Positions 41,842 through 52,105 of a DNA stretch of 64,000 nucleotides are shown here, piece by piece. A program made the position numbers and the translations under genes. The DNA is from a virus. Its lineage: Duplodnaviria > Heunggongvirae > Uroviricota > Caudoviricetes. Every line of letters starts with the position of its first letter. Position 1 is the stretch's first letter. The stretch lies in IMG/VR virus record IMGVR_UViG_3300006155_000234; one strand, given 5' to 3'. The notes below the pieces were generated by a model, which was not told the DNA's origin, did no database searches, and worked only from the letters and a program-made list of their open reading frames with translations.

Positions 41842-43656
41842 ATGAATTTAAAAGAAGTTAGAGAATATACAGAAAGTTTAATAAAAAGCTATTTTAAACC
41901 AAAAGTATTAAAGAAATTTGATGAAGATACTAATGGAAATCTTACCTATGATGGTAATCCTATGTCTGCAAAAGTATCAGGAAAACCAGAAAATGCAATA
42001 GAAGTAATAAATGATATAAACACACCAACAAACGATGGACTATTTGTAGAAGATTTAAGACCAGAATTTATAAGAAAAGTAAACATTGCACAAAAGACTA
42101 TCAATGAAGGTTTAGATTATATTTTATGTTCATTTGATTTTATAACATTAACATTAAATACAAGAATACCATTTACCAAAGTAGAAGGTAATTTAGAAGT
42201 AACCTCCGATACTATTAAATTAAATGAAGGAAGAACTTATAAGATAGATATTAAAATTCCAACAATGGCTACTAATGGTACTGATAATATTTATAGAATC
42301 TATGATGTAACTAATAATATAGAGATATGTAAGTATAATCCAATTACAAGAAATAGTTATGAAAATGGTGATACTTGTGCTTATGTGTACACACCACAAA
42401 CTGATTGTGAAATATCAATTTTACCTACATTAGTTACATCTGGCTCTACCACTAGGGATAATGCTAATATCATAGTAACTGAAATAGGAAGAGTAGCAAC
42501 AATAGACCCAGTAAATTATATTGATACAACACAGGGTATTCAAGATGTACCAGTTGGAACTTTAATAAATACAGAAGGACCTCAAAATCCAGAACATTAC
42601 TTGTTATGTGATGGTACAGAATATAATAAAGAAGATTATAGAGATTTAGCAGAAGCAATCAAGAAAGTATATGGAAGATATAACTATTTTGGTGGTGATG
42701 GAACAAATACATTTGCAGTTCCAAAATATGTAGATACAAATAAATGGTTTTCACCAAAACAAACAAGCAATTCTAATCCTTATAATGTATCTGCTTCATC
42801 TTCTTATAATAGTTGGCAAATCTGGTGGGGATTTAATAATAATTGTACTACTTCTGCTAGTAATGCATGGCATTCAGCAGTTGGTTCAACTACAGGACAT
42901 TGGGTTCAAATTGATTTTAAAGCAATTAAATCTTTAAGTGGTATTAGTATGGCTCCAAGACCAGAGGGTAACTATAATGTATCAAGAATGCCAAGAGATT
43001 TTGATATTATGGGTTCAAATGATGGTACTACTTGGAATATTATTAAAAGTTATACTGGTATAAATGATTATGAAAATTATAAATATAGAGAATTTATATT
43101 TGATAGACCTGAAAAATACAGATATTATAGAATAGCAAATATTGTAGTTACAGGTGATTGTGTTAATATAGCAGATATTCATTTTTTAGAAGCACCAGAA
43201 AAATATATTTATATCAAAGCAACACCTACTTACTTTATAGGAGGTGTAAATGGATATGAAGAAATAAGAAATCTAACAAACGGATTTATAGATTTAACAT
43301 TAGGAACTTTAAATTATAGAACAACTTTATTAGAATCTATTGAAAACTTTGATAAAGTGGAAGCAACTATTGAAGGAACATGGAAAAATACAGGAACTAA
43401 ATTAGGACTAAAAACACATTATTTTAATGTGGCAGATATTAAAGAAAGATATATCTCAGATGGGAACTGGAAGAATGGAAATCAATTAAATTATATTGAC
43501 ACAATAATTGATAAAGATTTTAATTATATAACTGCTATATTTATGAATGATAAAATAGTTAATTTAAGTTGTTATGGAGATACAAATAACATTTCAGCTC
43601 TTCATATTAGGTTAAGAGGAATAGTAAATCATTATAAAGTAAAGAGTACCAATTAA
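41842..43656 (+). CDS. Tail fibre with tail-collar and discoidin (F5/8 type C-like) domains
   Basis: PVGTLI..YLLCDG; AWHS..WVQIDF..PRDFDIMGSNDGTTW..YRYYRI. Confidence 0.8.
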   Translation: MNLKEVREYTESLIKSYFKPKVLKKFDEDTNGNLTYDGNPMSAKVSGKPENAIEVINDINTPTNDGLFVEDLRPEFIRKVNIAQKTINEGLDYILCSFDFITLTLNTRIPFTKVEGNLEVTSDTIKLNEGRTYKIDIKIPTMATNGTDNIYRIYDVTNNIEICKYNPITRNSYENGDTCAYVYTPQTDCEISILPTLVTSGSTTRDNANIIVTEIGRVATIDPVNYIDTTQGIQDVPVGTLINTEGPQNPEHYLLCDGTEYNKEDYRDLAEAIKKVYGRYNYFGGDGTNTFAVPKYVDTNKWFSPKQTSNSNPYNVSASSSYNSWQIWWGFNNNCTTSASNAWHSAVGSTTGHWVQIDFKAIKSLSGISMAPRPEGNYNVSRMPRDFDIMGSNDGTTWNIIKSYTGINDYENYKYREFIFDRPEKYRYYRIANIVVTGDCVNIADIHFLEAPEKYIYIKATPTYFIGGVNGYEEIRNLTNGFIDLTLGTLNYRTTLLESIENFDKVEATIEGTWKNTGTKLGLKTHYFNVADIKERYISDGNWKNGNQLNYIDTIIDKDFNYITAIFMNDKIVNLSCYGDTNNISALHIRLRGIVNHYKVKSTN

Positions 43657-43783
43657 ATAAAATAGGGGTAGACATATAGGGATATTATTTCCCTATATGT
43701 TGTTTTATTATAACAAACTTAAAACTTATGTTTAGTAAAATATTAATGAAGAGATGATATTATAAATTAAGGAGGATTTATGT

Positions 43784-44422
43784 ATGAAAAAGTTTCTTAA
43801 TATATTCTTAAAATTCTTTCCTATACTTCTAATGGGTATTATACTCCTAATATCTTCTTATATATTCAGTTTGAATAAAAAACAAACTTATGAGAGAGTA
43901 AGAAGCATAAAAGAAAGTCAAGTTCAAATCATTGCTAGTCAAGTTGATTTAGGAACAAGTTTAAACCCAAATTATACACAAGATAGTGATAATATTAAAT
44001 TATTAAAAAAGTCTGTTGAAAGTATAAATGAACAGGCAGGTGTATATTGTTATTTATTTGATAAAGACTGCAATTTAATGTCTGGTTTTAGTAAAACACA
44101 GAAACACATAACAGGTGAGGCACTAATAAAAGAATTAAAAGATAATAATATAGAAGTGTTATTATCAGAAGAATATCACGGATATATATTAACTAAAACG
44201 GAAACAAGGGAAAGATTTACAGTATATTGGCAAGGATTACCATCAGGAAATAGAGATTCTTGTGATTTCTTTATAATTCTTGCAGTATCAGAAAATGAAG
44301 TACAGGAGAATGAAGCTATAAACTCATGTAAAACAATGATAGGTCTACTAACAATCGGATTGAGTATATCTTTATATGCAAATCTTTTTATGAAACCTTA
44401 TTATAATGAAAGTGATAAATAG
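43784..44422 (+). CDS. Two-TM membrane protein with an extracytoplasmic domain (lysis module)
   Basis: N- and C-terminal hydrophobic helices; after a class B motif and upstream of the holin. Confidence 0.65.
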   Translation: MKKFLNIFLKFFPILLMGIILLISSYIFSLNKKQTYERVRSIKESQVQIIASQVDLGTSLNPNYTQDSDNIKLLKKSVESINEQAGVYCYLFDKDCNLMSGFSKTQKHITGEALIKELKDNNIEVLLSEEYHGYILTKTETRERFTVYWQGLPSGNRDSCDFFIILAVSENEVQENEAINSCKTMIGLLTIGLSISLYANLFMKPYYNESDK

Positions 44423-44455
44423 CAAAAGAAATTTATTTTAGGAGGTTTTTATGTA

Positions 44456-44812
44456 ATGAACAATGGAATACAATGGTCAGACTTAATATTCAATTTATCT
44501 ATTTCATTTTTTGGTGGTTTAATAAAAAGTATAACTATTAAAGTAAAGCAAAAAACATGGACCTACTTTTTTGCATCAGCAGTTGTAGGGGGATTTGCTG
44601 GTTTACTTACTTATATGTTATGTAATAGTTTCAATCTAAGTTGGCAAATGACAAGTTTTGCTACAGGTGTTGCAGGTTACATGGGAGACTCCATATTAAA
44701 AGTATTTAGTGAAATATTACCAAACTTTCTATCTGGTAAATTTAATATACAAATAAGTAATGTTGAAAATAAAGAAAAAGATAATAAGGAAATTAAAGAT
44801 GATAAAAAATAA
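44456..44812 (+). CDS. Holin (three TM, charged C-terminus)
   Basis: SFFGGLIK..AVVGGFAGLL..GVAGYMG; KEKDNKEIKDDKK tail. Confidence 0.75.
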   Translation: MNNGIQWSDLIFNLSISFFGGLIKSITIKVKQKTWTYFFASAVVGGFAGLLTYMLCNSFNLSWQMTSFATGVAGYMGDSILKVFSEILPNFLSGKFNIQISNVENKEKDNKEIKDDKK

Positions 44813-44931
44813 TAAATAAAAGAAACTCTATTTAGAAATAATAGGGTTTCTTTTTAGTTTACTTAAATAATATGTAAAATATTAATGAGGGAAACTTACA
44901 TAAATATATTAACATCTATAAGGAGGTTATA

Positions 44932-45213
44932 ATGAGAACTAAATATGATTTAAAAACAGTTGCAAATCAAATAGCAGAATTATCTGGTGGTATAATAAGA
45001 AATCAAAAGAAATTTGAAGGTTCAATAGATGAATATTTTATATCAGAAGTAACAGAAGAAATGCTAATAGATGAATTAGGATTTGAATTTAAAGGTTATA
45101 CAAGTTATGGTGTTGCACCTTATTACGAAAAAGGAAATATTATGTGTTATTTTGATGACGTTGTATTGCATGTTATGGAAATTACTTATTCTGTATTTGA
45201 AAGTATAGAATAG
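44932..45213 (+). CDS. Small late protein
   Basis: After class B motif 44874; AGGAGG RBS. Confidence 0.7.
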   Translation: MRTKYDLKTVANQIAELSGGIIRNQKKFEGSIDEYFISEVTEEMLIDELGFEFKGYTSYGVAPYYEKGNIMCYFDDVVLHVMEITYSVFESIE

Positions 45214-45357
45214 ATTAATATAAAATAGTACAAGACAAGTTTTCAATTTAGTCAAGTTCTAAAATAAGTATAGTAAAATATTAATGAGGCAGGAAGAAAT
45301 GATTGTTTTTCTTCTTATTCTCATACATGTATTTGAATAGAATAGAGAGGTAATGAT

Positions 45358-46881
45358 ATGGGAAAATCAATGATAATTGAAGCTCAAGATTCTTCTCTTG
45401 TATATGAAGAAGGACAAAAAGGTGTTCTTGGAAAATTATCTGGAGTCTTTGCAGACTTCCACACTGGAACTAGAAATGGTGACAGATTATACAATGAGGA
45501 ACTTTGGGATAAAAGAGTTTTTGGAAATGAAGATGTAATGGAAGCATTAGAAACTAGAACTTTATTTGGGGAACTAGACCACCCAGAAGGAGATAGATGT
45601 GAAACAGAAGCTAAGAATGCTGCAGTATCTATAATCAAATTAGAAAAAGATGCTGAACAAGGTGTAGTAAAAGGTGATGCATTAATTCTTGATACACCAT
45701 CTGGAAGAACTTTAAAGGCACTTGTAGACAGTGGAGCACAAATGGGTATTTCAAGTAGAGGTATAGGTGAGGAAATCATATCTGAAGGTCAAACAATAAT
45801 AGACCCAGATACATACGATTTCATTACATTTGATATAGTTGTTACACCTGCTAATAAAGGAGCTAGACTTTCTTTAGTAGAAGGTAGACAAAGAGATACT
45901 AAATTATATAAAAGCTTAGAAAAAGAAATTAATGAATGTATAAGTTTAAATCAATTAGACCAATTAAGTAAGGTTGTTGAATCAGCAATACCAGTTGGAA
46001 AAGCAAAATTGAAGAAACTTATTGAAAATAAGATAACTACACTTACGTCTGATGAAGATATTACAGACACTAAAAGTGAAGATATAAATAATGGTAATAA
46101 AGATATTATACCTAATAAGGTTCAGGAAGGAAAATCTAAAATACCTGTTGAAAAACAGTTAAAGATTAAACTAAATGAACAAAAACTTGTATCTAAAGAA
46201 TTACAAGTATCATCAACTAATCTTATGAATGAGAATAAATCATTAGTAGAAAAAGTTGATAAACTAAAGAAATCTAATAAATTGTTACAAGCAAAATTAA
46301 TTGAAAGCAGAAAAACAGAGAAAAAAAGTAATTTATCTTATAATAAATTAAATGAAAACAATCAAGAAATTGTTAGAAAATTGAAAAAGATAAATGAAAA
46401 TAAAATTAAAAACCTTGATGAAACATACAAGGACAAAATTAAATCTTTGGAAGAAAACTTAAAAATTAATGAATCTAAAAGTACAAAGTTATTAGAGGCA
46501 AACAAAACTTTAAGTAAGGAGCTTTTAAATTCTAAATCTAAATTAGAAGAAGCAAATAATAAACTTAAAGAAAATGCTCAGTTAGAGCAAAAAGTTAAAT
46601 TGTTAGAAACAAAATTAAAAAATACTGAACAAGCAAATAAAACCAAATTAGAAGAAAGTAAAAAACTTCAAAATAAAGAGGTTGAAAATTTAAGAAATCA
46701 ATTAAATCAAGCAAATACTCAAATTTCAAAATTAACAGAAGCAAATACTAGGATAAGCAAATTACCTTTTAATGTTACAAGGGCTAATTTAAAATATGAG
46801 AGTATGGATACTGGTTTAACAATGAATGCTGAGGAACAAGCTTTATTTAATGCAATGGTTGGAATGAATCATAAGAAATAA
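45358..46881 (+). CDS. Prohead protease (T4 gp21-like) fused to a coiled-coil scaffold
   Basis: RNGDRLY..GELDHP..ILDTPSG..GISSRGIG..FDIVVTPA; LxE-rich coiled-coil C-terminus. Confidence 0.92.
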   Translation: MGKSMIIEAQDSSLVYEEGQKGVLGKLSGVFADFHTGTRNGDRLYNEELWDKRVFGNEDVMEALETRTLFGELDHPEGDRCETEAKNAAVSIIKLEKDAEQGVVKGDALILDTPSGRTLKALVDSGAQMGISSRGIGEEIISEGQTIIDPDTYDFITFDIVVTPANKGARLSLVEGRQRDTKLYKSLEKEINECISLNQLDQLSKVVESAIPVGKAKLKKLIENKITTLTSDEDITDTKSEDINNGNKDIIPNKVQEGKSKIPVEKQLKIKLNEQKLVSKELQVSSTNLMNENKSLVEKVDKLKKSNKLLQAKLIESRKTEKKSNLSYNKLNENNQEIVRKLKKINENKIKNLDETYKDKIKSLEENLKINESKSTKLLEANKTLSKELLNSKSKLEEANNKLKENAQLEQKVKLLETKLKNTEQANKTKLEESKKLQNKEVENLRNQLNQANTQISKLTEANTRISKLPFNVTRANLKYESMDTGLTMNAEEQALFNAMVGMNHKK

Positions 46882-46910
46882 TAATAAATATTTGAAAGGG
46901 GTTTTTCGAA

Positions 46911-48293
46911 ATGACAGGAAAAGCATTAGTAGAAGCACAATCAAAATCAACAGTTGCTTCAAAATTTGAAAGTAGAATTAAATTAATCGAATCTGCCAGA
47001 GCAGCAGCTGGAAGACCAGCAATGAACGATTATGAAAAAAATTATGTAGGACAATTATTTGAAAATGTTAGAAAAGGTAACCTATATAAAGAAGGATACA
47101 CACAAGTATCAAATGTTGCAGGAATAAGAAAAGACTTATTTAATATGACAACATTAGCAGTACAAAACAGAGTATTACCAGAAGTAGTTTCTGTTCAAGC
47201 TATGTCAAGTGCATTACAATACTTACCAATCCTAGAATTTAAAGCAGGAGAAGATAAAGGTCAAGTTAAAAAGGGAGATGTATTCAATAGTGGTGCAGGA
47301 TATCAAGATGTTGCAGATTCTCTATATGACAGTAGATATATTGTAAATGAAACTTTAGCACCAGTAGGACAAGCTGCAGGTGATGTTGATATAGTAATTT
47401 CAAGATTACCATTAGATGCTGGAACAATTAAAATTACAAGTGGTGCTTTAACAGCAACAGATGATGGTGCTGGAAATATTACAGGTGACTTTACAGGTAC
47501 TATTGATTATATAACAGGTACAGGTAAAATTACATTAGCAACAGCTGCTACAGAAGATATTAAAATTTCTTACTCTTATGCAAATGAAGAAATAAGAAAT
47601 GGAGATAAAGGACCTGCTAAAGTTACAATAGGAATTACACCTATTGAAATGAGAGCAGAAGAACATCAATTACAAGCTGTATATGCTTTATCAGCTGCTT
47701 ACAGACTTGACAAAGAATTTGGTGTATCTATGCCATTAGTATTTGAACAACAAGTTGCTAATGAAATGAACAAAGAACAAGAAAGATTAGTATTTGCTGA
47801 TATGTTTAACCATGCAGAAGGTGGAGCTGCAGTAGTATGGAGCTCAACACCAAGACCAGGTGTATCAGACAAAGACCATATTGATAGTTTACCAATAGCT
47901 ATTGGTTTAGCTGCAAACAAAATCTACCAAGCAACAGGTGGAAATTTAGGAGCATCTTTCATCCTTGCTGGTTCTAATGCAGGTGCTTACTTTGCTAGAA
48001 CAACTGGATTTAATGCAGAAAATATGCCATTAAATGGTGGAAGCTTCTATTTAGGAAAAATGGGTAACCTAGATGTATTCCAAGTACCAAGCTTAGCTCC
48101 AAATGACTTTCTAATTGGTGCAAAAGGAAATGAATACTACAATGCTGGATATGTTGTTGGTGATTATATGCCTATTACCTACACAGCCCCAGTATCACTT
48201 GCAGATTTGTCTACTCAACAAGGATGGTTAAGTATTTATGCAAACAAAATGGTAAATACAAAACTATATGTAAGAGGAAGGATTACTGTTTAA
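46911..48293 (+). CDS. Major capsid protein (T4 gp23-like) with an inserted beta-rich domain
   Basis: Follows the protease; EVVSVQAM, LQAVYALSAAYRL, EMNKE, GYVVGDYMPI; strong terminator after. Confidence 0.85.
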   Translation: MTGKALVEAQSKSTVASKFESRIKLIESARAAAGRPAMNDYEKNYVGQLFENVRKGNLYKEGYTQVSNVAGIRKDLFNMTTLAVQNRVLPEVVSVQAMSSALQYLPILEFKAGEDKGQVKKGDVFNSGAGYQDVADSLYDSRYIVNETLAPVGQAAGDVDIVISRLPLDAGTIKITSGALTATDDGAGNITGDFTGTIDYITGTGKITLATAATEDIKISYSYANEEIRNGDKGPAKVTIGITPIEMRAEEHQLQAVYALSAAYRLDKEFGVSMPLVFEQQVANEMNKEQERLVFADMFNHAEGGAAVVWSSTPRPGVSDKDHIDSLPIAIGLAANKIYQATGGNLGASFILAGSNAGAYFARTTGFNAENMPLNGGSFYLGKMGNLDVFQVPSLAPNDFLIGAKGNEYYNAGYVVGDYMPITYTAPVSLADLSTQQGWLSIYANKMVNTKLYVRGRITV

Positions 48294-48315
48294 TTTGTAA
48301 GAATGAAATAAAAAT

Positions 48316-48345
48316 AAAGAGATATGAGAAATCATATCTCTTTTT
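48316..48345 (+). terminator. Intrinsic terminator after the major capsid gene
   Basis: aaagagatatga-gaaa-tcatatctcttttt. Confidence 0.8.
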
Positions 48346-48450
48346 GTATATAACATATATTGCACCTGTGAAACCTACTGACTACATTGGTTATATATCT
48401 ATTGACAAAAGAAAATAATTATGGTATATTATATTTAGGAGGTAGATATT

Positions 48451-50157
48451 ATGCCAAAAATAGTGAATTTAGATTTAAACAAAATTAAAGAGTTATGGGA
48501 AACAACATCATTATCTCAAGGAGACATTGCAAAAGAAGTAAATACTTCAATAGATACTGTTAGAAGAAGGATAAAATCAAATAACTGGATACGACCTAAC
48601 AATTTAATTGAAGAAGAAAAGAATAATAGAATTAATAAAATTATGAGTACAAAAGTGGAAAAAGGTTTGACAGATGCCCATGATGATAACGAAGAAGAAA
48701 CATTTAAAGATTTGTATTACAATACTAATTTAAGTAAACCCCAGATAGCAGAAAAGATGGGTGTAAGATTATCAAGAGTTAAACATCTTATAGAAAAATT
48801 GGATGTAAAAAGAACAGAAGAGCATATAAAGAAGGTTAAACAAGAAGTAAATAAAGAATTATTTAAAGATGGTTATAATTTTGAAAAGAAAGAGATACAA
48901 GAAAAAGTAAAGCAAACCAAATTAGAACAATATGGGAATAGAAATCCTTTTGTAACAAGTAGATTTAAAGAACAAGCAATGAATACTAAAGAAGAAAGAT
49001 ATGGTAATGCTTATTATAATAACAGAGAACAATCTATTAAAACTTGTATTGAGAAATATGGGTTACAAAATACAATGCAAGTAGATTTTGTTAAGGATAA
49101 GGCAAGAGCTACTAGAATGGCACATATAGATGAAATATCATTGAATATAAGTAATGCCAAATTGAAAATGTTTAGTAATCCTGAAAATAAAAAGAAAATG
49201 CTTGATAGAGTGGCTAAAACTTGCTTAGAGAAGTATGGTGTATCTTCATATATACTATCAGATGATATTAAAGTACAAACACAAAGAATATCTAAAACTA
49301 ATAAATTATTTGCAGAGAAATCAGGCATAACTGAATTTGAATTTAATATAAATGAGTATAGCTATGATTTGAAAAAAGATAATATACTTATTGAAATAGA
49401 CCCTACAATATCTCACAATACAGAAATATCTTATGTACATTTAACAAAAATGTGTAAAAAAGAAAATTGTAGTGAACATAAACCAGTAGAACCATATTAT
49501 CATATAAATAAATCAAATATGGCATTGAATAATGGTTATCATTGCATACATATATTTGATTGGGATAGATGGGATAAAATTATATATATGATACAAGATA
49601 AAGAAACACTATATGCTAGAAATCTTACAATAAAAGAAGTTTCTAAAGATGAATGTAATTCTTTCTTAAATGAGTTCCATCTACAAAATAGCTGTCAAGG
49701 ACAAACAATTAAACTGGGTTTATATAAAGATAATCAGTTAATTCAAATTATGACATTTGGAAAACCTAGATATAATAAAAATTGTGAATATGAGTTATTA
49801 AGATTATGTACACATAAAGATTATAAAGTTGTAGGAGGAGCAGAAAGATTATTTAAGTATTTCTTAAATACTTATAATCCAAATTCAATAGTATCATATT
49901 GTGATTTAAGTAAGTTTACAGGAAAAGTATATACAGATTTAGGTTTTAAACTAAACTCCAAACCAAGACCATCTAAACATTGGAGTAAAGGTAAAATGCA
50001 CATAACTGATAATTTTTTAAGACAAAGAGGATATGACCAAATATTTAATACTAATTATGGTAAAGGAACAGACAATGAACTATTAATGATACAAAATGGA
50101 TGGCTACCTGTATATGATTGTGGACAAGCAACTTATATTTGGAATAAAGAAGTATAA
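48451..50157 (+). CDS. Hef-like homing endonuclease (HTH repeats, EKYG repeats, PD-(D/E)xK-like core, GNAT/Mom-like C-terminus)
   Basis: TCIEKYG/TCLEKYG; YDL..LIEID..HCIHIFDWD; ELLRLC..GGAERL..SYCDLS..GKVY..LGF..YDCGQ; own promoter at 48402. Confidence 0.75.
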   Translation: MPKIVNLDLNKIKELWETTSLSQGDIAKEVNTSIDTVRRRIKSNNWIRPNNLIEEEKNNRINKIMSTKVEKGLTDAHDDNEEETFKDLYYNTNLSKPQIAEKMGVRLSRVKHLIEKLDVKRTEEHIKKVKQEVNKELFKDGYNFEKKEIQEKVKQTKLEQYGNRNPFVTSRFKEQAMNTKEERYGNAYYNNREQSIKTCIEKYGLQNTMQVDFVKDKARATRMAHIDEISLNISNAKLKMFSNPENKKKMLDRVAKTCLEKYGVSSYILSDDIKVQTQRISKTNKLFAEKSGITEFEFNINEYSYDLKKDNILIEIDPTISHNTEISYVHLTKMCKKENCSEHKPVEPYYHINKSNMALNNGYHCIHIFDWDRWDKIIYMIQDKETLYARNLTIKEVSKDECNSFLNEFHLQNSCQGQTIKLGLYKDNQLIQIMTFGKPRYNKNCEYELLRLCTHKDYKVVGGAERLFKYFLNTYNPNSIVSYCDLSKFTGKVYTDLGFKLNSKPRPSKHWSKGKMHITDNFLRQRGYDQIFNTNYGKGTDNELLMIQNGWLPVYDCGQATYIWNKEV

Positions 50158-50244
50158 TATTATACTTCTTTTTATTTAAAAACTCTTGACATATTTTAAA
50201 ACTTATGATAATATATAAGCATAGTAAACAAAGGAGTGATTATT

Positions 50245-50895
50245 ATGACAAAGGAACAGCGTAGATTATATAATAAAAGATATAGGGAAAGACATAAAGA
50301 AAAGATTAAAGAAATAAATAAAAGATATATTGAGAATAATAGAGATAAGATAAATCAGATAGCAAAAAGAAATTATGATAAAAATAAAGATAGAATTAAT
50401 GCTCGTAGAAGAGAAAACTATGACGCAGAAAAAAGTAAAAAATATAGAGAAGAAAATAAAAACATAATCAAGGAAAGACAAAAAGAATTTCGTAAGAATA
50501 ATCCAGAAGCAGTAAAACAATGTTCTTTAAAATATTATAATAAGAATAGAGAAAAAATTTTATATAAAAATAGTATTAATCATTGTAATAAAGACTTTTC
50601 GCCAAATCAGAATAATATGACAAATGTTACCAAATCAGAAAAATCTAAATATATACACAAAATGTCTTCAGCAGTTCCATCTGCTCATAAAAATAATAAG
50701 TATTCTAATAGAAAAGGTGTTAGATGGGATAAGAAGGATAATAAATGGTGGGGGTACATAACTCATAATAAGAAACAGATTATAGGTAGATTTAACACAG
50801 AACAAGAAGCAATAGATTACAGAATATACTTAGAAGATACTTATTATACACCAGAGCAGTTAGCAATAAGAGATAAGTACAAAAATGAAATATAA
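50245..50895 (+). CDS. AP2-domain DNA-binding protein (HNH-AP2-like, no visible HNH)
   Basis: KGVRWDKKDNKWWGYI..GRFNTEQEAIDYR; basic helical N-terminus. Confidence 0.7.
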   Translation: MTKEQRRLYNKRYRERHKEKIKEINKRYIENNRDKINQIAKRNYDKNKDRINARRRENYDAEKSKKYREENKNIIKERQKEFRKNNPEAVKQCSLKYYNKNREKILYKNSINHCNKDFSPNQNNMTNVTKSEKSKYIHKMSSAVPSAHKNNKYSNRKGVRWDKKDNKWWGYITHNKKQIIGRFNTEQEAIDYRIYLEDTYYTPEQLAIRDKYKNEI

Positions 50896-50941
50896 ATAAA
50901 GAATATTACCTTATTAAAATATTAATGAGGAGGTATTCATT

Positions 50942-51184
50942 ATGTATCCACATGAATTAAAAAACTTTATTGATAGTAGAAATAGTTATATAGGAGGAGA
51001 TGACTTATTAAAAGTAATCTCTATTAAAGAGAACCCACAGTTAAATCATATAAAATTAAATCCTGAAACTAATGTATTTGAAATGTGGGATTATGAAGGT
51101 AATTATTATAATTTTACTGCAATGCCATATAAAGAAGCTTTAGAAAAAGGTTTAGTAAAACAAAAAGATGAACAAGAAAGATAA
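50942..51184 (+). CDS. Small hypothetical protein
   Basis: GGAGG RBS after a class B motif. Confidence 0.7.
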   Translation: MYPHELKNFIDSRNSYIGGDDLLKVISIKENPQLNHIKLNPETNVFEMWDYEGNYYNFTAMPYKEALEKGLVKQKDEQER

Positions 51185-51385
51185 AAAAGTATTGACAAAA
51201 TAATTTTCATTTAGTATAATATATTTAGATTAGCTGTTTGAATACATTCAAACATAAAGAGAAGTTTGGTAAGAATTATTAAACTTCTCTCTTATTTTCT
51301 GTAAAATATTAATGAATACTATTTATGTTTTTCATAAAACGTGTTCTCCTTTAAAAATAGAAAGACTGGAATCTATCCCAGTCTT

Positions 51386-52087
51386 TTAATATTTATACAT
51401 ATATCTTGTATTTCTTATCTTTTTAAATCCGTTTTTCTTATAGAATTTAATTAACTTTTTCATGTAATATTCTGTATTTTCATTTTCCATATTACTGTAA
51501 CCTCCATCAGCATCTCTCTTTAGGGGTTGTGGTAATACTATTTGACAGCACGGTGTATATATGTTATTTGTGTAATATAAAATACTTGTTAAATTTTGAA
51601 GTATAAAACTTCCTATTTTTGTATTTCTATACTTTTCTTCTATAATTAACTTATCAATATAAAGTATGTTAGAATAAATACCATCTTTTGATATATAGCT
51701 TTTAATATTTCCATATCTATCTATTATAGCTGATGCCATTGGTTCTAAATCTCCTCCATAACTATCACATTTATCATAAAAGGTATAATTCATAAGAAAT
51801 GGGTTATCATCTTCAATATAATTACACTTTAATCTTCCTATATCTATTTCACCATTTTCATTTAATATACTATCATCAATTTCATCGTAATCTATATCCT
51901 CAGATATATTTCCTGTAATTTTTATATATAAATTAATGATAGAACTATCTGGCTCTGCCCAGTCAAATAAATCTTTTAAATTAGTATATATGTTTGCTAT
52001 TCTATTTCTATTAACTCTATAACATTCTATATTTATACTATCCAATCCAATATTTTCTAATTCTGTATTATCTAAATTTATTTTCAA
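51386..52087 (-). CDS. GNAT-family acetyltransferase-like protein
   Basis: LYIDKLIIEEKYRNTKIGSFIL..KLIKFYKKNGF. Confidence 0.7.
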   Translation of the reverse strand: MKINLDNTELENIGLDSINIECYRVNRNRIANIYTNLKDLFDWAEPDSSIINLYIKITGNISEDIDYDEIDDSILNENGEIDIGRLKCNYIEDDNPFLMNYTFYDKCDSYGGDLEPMASAIIDRYGNIKSYISKDGIYSNILYIDKLIIEEKYRNTKIGSFILQNLTSILYYTNNIYTPCCQIVLPQPLKRDADGGYSNMENENTEYYMKKLIKFYKKNGFKKIRNTRYMYKY

Positions 52088-52105
52088 TTTATATTTCCTT
52101 CTTTG

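Noticed and set aside
22901-43656. Diversity-generating retroelement acting on tail fibres
   Set aside because: No reverse transcriptase and no ~100-bp template/variable repeat pair differing at adenines was seen in this window.
45358-48293. Intein or intron in the protease or capsid genes
   Set aside because: No C..HN splice motifs or frame interruptions; the capsid insert is short and lacks intein motifs.
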